A program made the translations under genes and the position numbers. From an archaeon 13_2_20CM_2_53_6 (GTDB lineage Archaea; Thermoproteota; Bathyarchaeia; 40CM-2-53-6): 61,259 nt of DNA. The stretch spans positions 1 to 61,259 of the forward strand of contig MNDT01000020.1 of the NCBI GenBank assembly GCA_001915065.1. The letters run 5' to 3'. Below the pieces are notes generated by a model. It was not told where the DNA came from. It saw only the letters and a program-made list of their open reading frames with translations, and searched no databases. Shown piece by piece: positions 56,981 through 61,259 of the stretch; within the stretch, counting starts at the first letter, position 1; every line of letters begins with the position of its first letter.

Positions 56981-57135
56981 AAACCGGCTAAGGCCTCGTT
57001 GAACGTCAGTTCTCAAATCCGGTATTAAAACAGTTCCAGAAATCGACCCTGCACATCTCACGTAAAGGATGACTTATTATCGAGGACTCAGACTCTTAAC
57101 ACGATAAGAAAGGCGGCCAAGGGGAAGAGGTCGAC

Positions 57136-57576
57136 TTGGGAGTGAAGACAGGTCTCTGGAAGCTGAAGAGGTCATTGAACAATCTGGCCTTCAGAATGAG
57201 CTTCGTAAGACTCGCGCCGGGCTCAAGCAGGCCCTTACTACCGATCGCCCAGTTTTTCATTGTAGGATTCACCATATTCGTCCTCGCAGGCGGACTCTTC
57301 GTGCTCGCCCAAGGCGGACAGGGACTCCTAAACGTGTCTAGGGGGCTGCAGTGGGTCTATCCCGGAGATGTGAACAACCAGACGACTCTGGAGGCGGTCT
57401 TCTCTGGACTAGTCTACATTCTAGGTTTCGTCGGTGTCTATATGATGTTCATGAGCACACGCTTCGTCTATCGTCCAAAGCGAGCCTACGGCTTTCTCGC
57501 TTTCGGCATGATGCTCATAATCATCTTCATCATATCCCTGTACTTCGTAATCTACGACAAGATAGGCCAACTATAG
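57136..57576 (+). CDS. OST3/OST6-family (OSTC/DC2-like) 3-TM protein
   Basis: TM ending LAGG; loop ending VNNQTTLE; TM with GFVG; third TM followed by K. Confidence 0.7.
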   Translation: MGVKTGLWKLKRSLNNLAFRMSFVRLAPGSSRPLLPIAQFFIVGFTIFVLAGGLFVLAQGGQGLLNVSRGLQWVYPGDVNNQTTLEAVFSGLVYILGFVGVYMMFMSTRFVYRPKRAYGFLAFGMMLIIIFIISLYFVIYDKIGQL

Positions 57577-57587
57577 TCTGCGATTCG

Positions 57588-57770
57588 CTAAGCCCATCGT
57601 CCAAGGACTCGGCGACAATCTGGACAAAAACCGTGCTTCGCATCAACAGTCTTCTTCCCACATCTCGCACAAGTCCTCGGATTCTGACGGCCATGAACTG
57701 TCAGGGTCCGCCGAAAGCCAGGCCCAGTGTGATAACCAGGTGGCTTGACCATACGCCGTTTCCGAGTCAT
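57588..57770 (-). CDS. Basic C4 zinc-finger protein, eL37-like spacing
   Basis: CARCG with CxxC-x11-CxxC spacing; Arg/Lys-rich N-terminus. Confidence 0.5.
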   Translation of the reverse strand: MTRKRRMVKPPGYHTGPGFRRTLTVHGRQNPRTCARCGKKTVDAKHGFCPDCRRVLGRWA

Positions 57771-57863
57771 TCCCCGCTCTCCTCATTCAGATGCGACTGA
57801 TTCGGGCAGCATTGACACTCGCATCGACCAGACATTGGATGCAACTCCAATACCGTATTAGGA

Positions 57864-58604
57864 CTAGCTGCCAGCCTGAGCGCAGTAACCGGTTGCGGAG
57901 GGAGCGGCGTTTCGCGTTACACCTACATTCGGATGCATAACCCCGGTGCCTGAGGCCACGTATACCGCTAGATAGTCGGCGCATCCCTCCCCCAGTGTGA
58001 ACAGGGTGAACTGTGGGGAGTTTGTAGTCGCAGGAATCGAGTTGTAGTATCCTGAGACACAGCTGACATCTCCATTGCAGACGCTGAACTGTACGAATTG
58101 CCCCATCGTGAAGAAGTAGACGGTCACGTTGACGTTGCTCGTGAAGGACACGTAGTAGTCGAACGTGTCAGGTACTGATCCTTCTCTCCAACCATTGGCA
58201 GTCATGCTGCAACCCGCGCTTTGACTTGATCCGCAAGCGTTCCAGATGATGTAGAAGGGAGATTGCGAAGTGATTGCGGGGGCTGGTTGGGAGTGTTGAA
58301 AGTCGGGCGGGTTAGCCAATTGGTAGTGGTTGGTTCCAAGCGAGAAGGGGAGACGGCCCGCTGAGGATTCGTAGTATAAGATTCCGAGAAGTACAATGAT
58401 TATCAATAGAGCCGCTACTATTGCTTTGTAGGCTCCAGTTGAAACGGGGGGTTGCGAGATGGGTGTGGGTCCATAGTAGCTTTGTTGCGTTTGGGTCGTT
58501 TGTGAGGATGACGATGAAGTCTTAGCGCCGCAATTGGCGCAGAAGCCGATGTGTGATTGGACCGGTGCTCCACAATTTGGACAGTATGAAATTCCTGTCG
58601 CCAA
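57864..58604 (-). CDS. Zinc-ribbon + TM + Cys-containing extracellular domain protein
   Basis: YCPNCG..FCANCG, single TM, C-terminal domain. Confidence 0.75.
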   Translation of the reverse strand: MATGISYCPNCGAPVQSHIGFCANCGAKTSSSSSQTTQTQQSYYGPTPISQPPVSTGAYKAIVAALLIIIVLLGILYYESSAGRLPFSLGTNHYQLANPPDFQHSQPAPAITSQSPFYIIWNACGSSQSAGCSMTANGWREGSVPDTFDYYVSFTSNVNVTVYFFTMGQFVQFSVCNGDVSCVSGYYNSIPATTNSPQFTLFTLGEGCADYLAVYVASGTGVMHPNVGVTRNAAPSATGYCAQAGS

Positions 58605-58780
58605 ATTCTGTTCACCTTCAGTCTGTGGAAACGGTCATGCTTCTAAAGGCGGCGTCAAATCGTGAGGACATTATCGGTTACACAACTGATCCAAGATTTG
58701 TTCATCTAAGCAACAATCTGTTGACGATCGGGAACGTCCAGAGATTGACCGGTCTTCGATCTTGTTCTAGGTCTGTGCTC

Positions 58781-60085
58781 TCAGATCGTGGGTGGAGTAG
58801 CTGGACTGCCTCTATTCTTGCGTCTCCTAGCGACCCAAAGGCTTGTGCCGATGATTGCTATCAGGGCGATTGCAATGATCCGATAGATCCCGGGATCCAT
58901 GCCTGGGGATGGCTTTGGCGACGCTGATTGAGGTATGCTGCCTGGATTGGAGCCTGAGCCAGGTCTTGAATTAGGACCTTGATCATATCCGCCGGTACCT
59001 GTACCAGACCCTGATCTAGTCCCACTATCAGACTCGCTTCCTGTTTCCGAGCCAGATCCTGAGCCGGAGGCGGTTGTACTGCCCCCCGATGGGTCCGTAG
59101 GGACCAAGCGCTGGTCAAGGTTGAGACTGGTATTGGCAAGGATGAGTGACGCTTGGATGCTTAGTCCAGATTGGATGATGAGGGTCGAGCCAGAGGCGTC
59201 AGAGCACCAGGTTGTAGAGGTGGCTGTGGACGGATTGCATTGGTCTGTTTGATAGGTCGATTCTTCGAGGTACCCGACGTGTATGTCTGCGCTTGCGCTT
59301 AGGAGGAGGTCGCTTTGCTGGTCGTAGTTGAGTGCGAACGCCGCCTGAATTTTGTCTCCAGTTGGTATTGACGTCCCGGATGTTTCCTGCTGAGGTAAGG
59401 GTGTGGGCAGTGTGAGGTTGTAAGTCAGCGTCCACGCTGCTCGAGTCCCGAGGCTTCCAAGGTTCACGGTGGTTGAGCCTGTCACATTAGTTGGAAAGAA
59501 TAGGACCGGGATCGTCTGGTTCAGATGCAGTGGTCCGTTGGCCCACCACATTGTATGGATAGGTTGTCGCTCCATCATGTCTGATGTGATGATGTTTGCG
59601 GGAGTGCTCCAGCCCGTGCCCTGGGAAAGTGTCATGCCCATAATGTTCTGGGCAATCTGAAGTGCTTCGGACATTTCGGGTGTTACGAAGGGCACGATGT
59701 TGGCTATTCTAGTCGCGAGGTCGATTGACTCATTGAAGCTGTGCAAGCTTCTGAAATCAGTAGCGGCTAGACTGTCCCAGGATGAGGTTGTAACCTCTCG
59801 GACGACGTTCAGGACGGCCGTGGTGTTTGTGAGGTTCGTCGCAGTCCAGTCGAGGGTTCCGTTGATGTTGAAGGTTGGAGGTACAATGGCGATCATGGGA
59901 CAGTAGACGATCATCTGAGGGTCGGAAGAGGGACTTGTTTCGCAGAAGGGCGGCGAGAATGTAATCGAGAAGGAGAGAGTGTAGCTCGAGTTGCTGCCCA
60001 CTTTGAGCGCAGGGGCTCCGCTTACTGGAACGGCTACCAAGAGAATTAGGGTCAAAACTCCAACGGCTAGTTTTGCTGACCGCAA
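58781..60085 (-). CDS. Hypothetical secreted, C-terminally anchored protein
   Basis: Signal peptide, N-x-S/T sequons, Gly/Ser linker, TM + RRRKNR. Confidence 0.75.
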   Translation of the reverse strand: MRSAKLAVGVLTLILLVAVPVSGAPALKVGSNSSYTLSFSITFSPPFCETSPSSDPQMIVYCPMIAIVPPTFNINGTLDWTATNLTNTTAVLNVVREVTTSSWDSLAATDFRSLHSFNESIDLATRIANIVPFVTPEMSEALQIAQNIMGMTLSQGTGWSTPANIITSDMMERQPIHTMWWANGPLHLNQTIPVLFFPTNVTGSTTVNLGSLGTRAAWTLTYNLTLPTPLPQQETSGTSIPTGDKIQAAFALNYDQQSDLLLSASADIHVGYLEESTYQTDQCNPSTATSTTWCSDASGSTLIIQSGLSIQASLILANTSLNLDQRLVPTDPSGGSTTASGSGSGSETGSESDSGTRSGSGTGTGGYDQGPNSRPGSGSNPGSIPQSASPKPSPGMDPGIYRIIAIALIAIIGTSLWVARRRKNRGSPATPPTI

Positions 60086-60315
60086 TGTTGGAGTTCTCGG
60101 GCTCTTTTAGACTGTATGGCATAAAAAGGGTTAACGGTGTTCATCTCTATTGAACAGAGAAAATCAGATCAGCAACGATCGGTAATATGCGTCTACCGCG
60201 GGCAATCCCGGTCAGGGTCGCACTGTGAAGCTAAGACATTCTAAGGGCGACATGTTTCTCCGAATGGCTTTTAGAGGGTTCGAAGTGCTAAGGCCGGCCT
60301 CTATCGGCGAAGACT

Positions 60316-60480
60316 TTGCCAAGCAATAAGACGAAGTTTATGCAGATGCTTGACTCTCCGACCTATCGTCTTCTCCAGAAGGAGGCGCGTGAGAGGGGCG
60401 CTTCAGTCCAGGAGCTACTTAGGGCTGTCATAATTCCAGACTGGCTTACGAAGAATAGGAATAGAGAAAAGGCCAAGTGA
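60316..60480 (+). CDS. Ribbon-helix-helix-like small protein
   Basis: Not in ORF track; KFMQMLD..YRLLQKEARERGASVQELLRAVII. Confidence 0.65.
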   Translation: MPSNKTKFMQMLDSPTYRLLQKEARERGASVQELLRAVIIPDWLTKNRNREKAK

Positions 60481-60482
60481 GA

Positions 60483-60836
60483 CTAGTCGAGCTGAGCAGC
60501 GGTCTGGGTCCCCGAGGGAGTCTCTTGAAGGTCCAGGCTGTCACTGCTTGGCAGAGGTTTCTTCAGGATTGTTTCAAGCGTCAGGACCTTTTTTTCCAGT
60601 TCAATTATCTTCTTGTGTTGGCCGAACAGCATTGAGATGAGCAGTGGAACTTCCTTGACGGGAGAGGCCATCGTGCTGGCATAGGGCGCATAGAGCTTGC
60701 ACTGGCCAAGGAGGTCGTGGAATACCAGCTTGTCTTCTACTCTGAGAAAGTCTTGGAATTTTTTCAATTTGGCGGTTTCTGCCTCCACAACCATCCGCCA
60801 TGAAGGAATTGTTCTACCCGAGCCCAGAGCCCCCAA
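60483..60836 (-). CDS. Small helical protein resembling arCOG07300/PPB2 (PolB2 partner)
   Basis: GRTIPSWR...FQDFLRVEDKLVFHDL...SMLFGQHKKI. Confidence 0.55.
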   Translation of the reverse strand: MGALGSGRTIPSWRMVVEAETAKLKKFQDFLRVEDKLVFHDLLGQCKLYAPYASTMASPVKEVPLLISMLFGQHKKIIELEKKVLTLETILKKPLPSSDSLDLQETPSGTQTAAQLD

Positions 60837-60932
60837 AGATTCGAAGTCCTGTTCGTAGGATGATAGCGCGGATAATAACAAGAGGGTGACCAGTAAGTGA
60901 AGGTCGAGATGGAGACCCGGTGAAAGTAGTTA

Positions 60933-61259
60933 ATGAATAGAGGCAGAACTAGCGGACTGGAGGCCAAGGATCCCTTCCTCATCGATTACAAGGAGAATCT
61001 GGAAGAATTAGTCAAGGGAATGAAGCGTGTTGGAGGGAGCGGATTCCGGCTTCTGATTGTTGAGATGATTCGGTCACGCTGGATCAAGGATCGGAGGACG
61101 ACTTACCCATACGAGGTTGCCTGGGTCTTTGACCGGGACGAGAAGGCTGTGTCGAAGCTCCTGAAGGAGCTTGAAGAATCGGGCGATATTGAGCTAGTAG
61201 GCTTGGGCCGTGGAAAGAAGGGGCTGGTCAAGCCTTACAAGCCACGAACTCTGAGAAAA
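60933..61259 (+). CDS. Winged-HTH protein (runs off the window end)
   Basis: Not in ORF track; YPYEVAWVFDRDEKAVSKLLKELEESGDIE. Confidence 0.6.
   Translation, partial: MNRGRTSGLEAKDPFLIDYKENLEELVKGMKRVGGSGFRLLIVEMIRSRWIKDRRTTYPYEVAWVFDRDEKAVSKLLKELEESGDIELVGLGRGKKGLVKPYKPRTLRK

Overview
Archaeal chromosomal segment from a TACK-lineage organism, most likely Bathyarchaeia-like. This is an inference from unsplit RpoB, fused RpoA'+A'', a priL-priS pair, an OST3/6-family protein and heavy TTG start usage. The left half (1-33 kb) is a patchwork of metabolic, envelope and surface-protein genes: ABC exporter, rhomboid, 1.6-kaa phosphoesterase-PKD surface protein, heme O synthase, HtpX, MenG, GcvH, Lhr, orphan DNA methyltransferase, NHL protein, S53 protease, MsrB and a NiCoT transporter. 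The right half holds the information-processing superoperon (csl4-rpoL-tfs-pcn-priL-priS-gins-rpl44e-rps27e-aIF2alpha-nop10), aglB, an intron-containing tRNA-Ser(GCT) and rpoH-B-A-rpl30e-nusA-rps12, then gcvT and several small proteins. No CRISPR array, transposase or integrase was seen. Most notable unexplained signals: (1) a ~295-nt non-coding stretch (5197-5489, minus strand) that folds by hand into a nested multi-helix RNA lacking SRP and RNase P hallmarks; (2) two degenerate, inverted copies of a ~185-bp intergenic element (29961-30145, 54378-54565), each associated with a strand-composition gradient; (3) an OSTC/DC2-like subunit alongside AglB; (4) a split YdjG/YdjI/HtpX-like membrane-stress module; (5) genes needing CTG or other non-canonical starts, and several microproteins missed by the ORF track. 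All family calls come from motif recognition by eye, not database searches.
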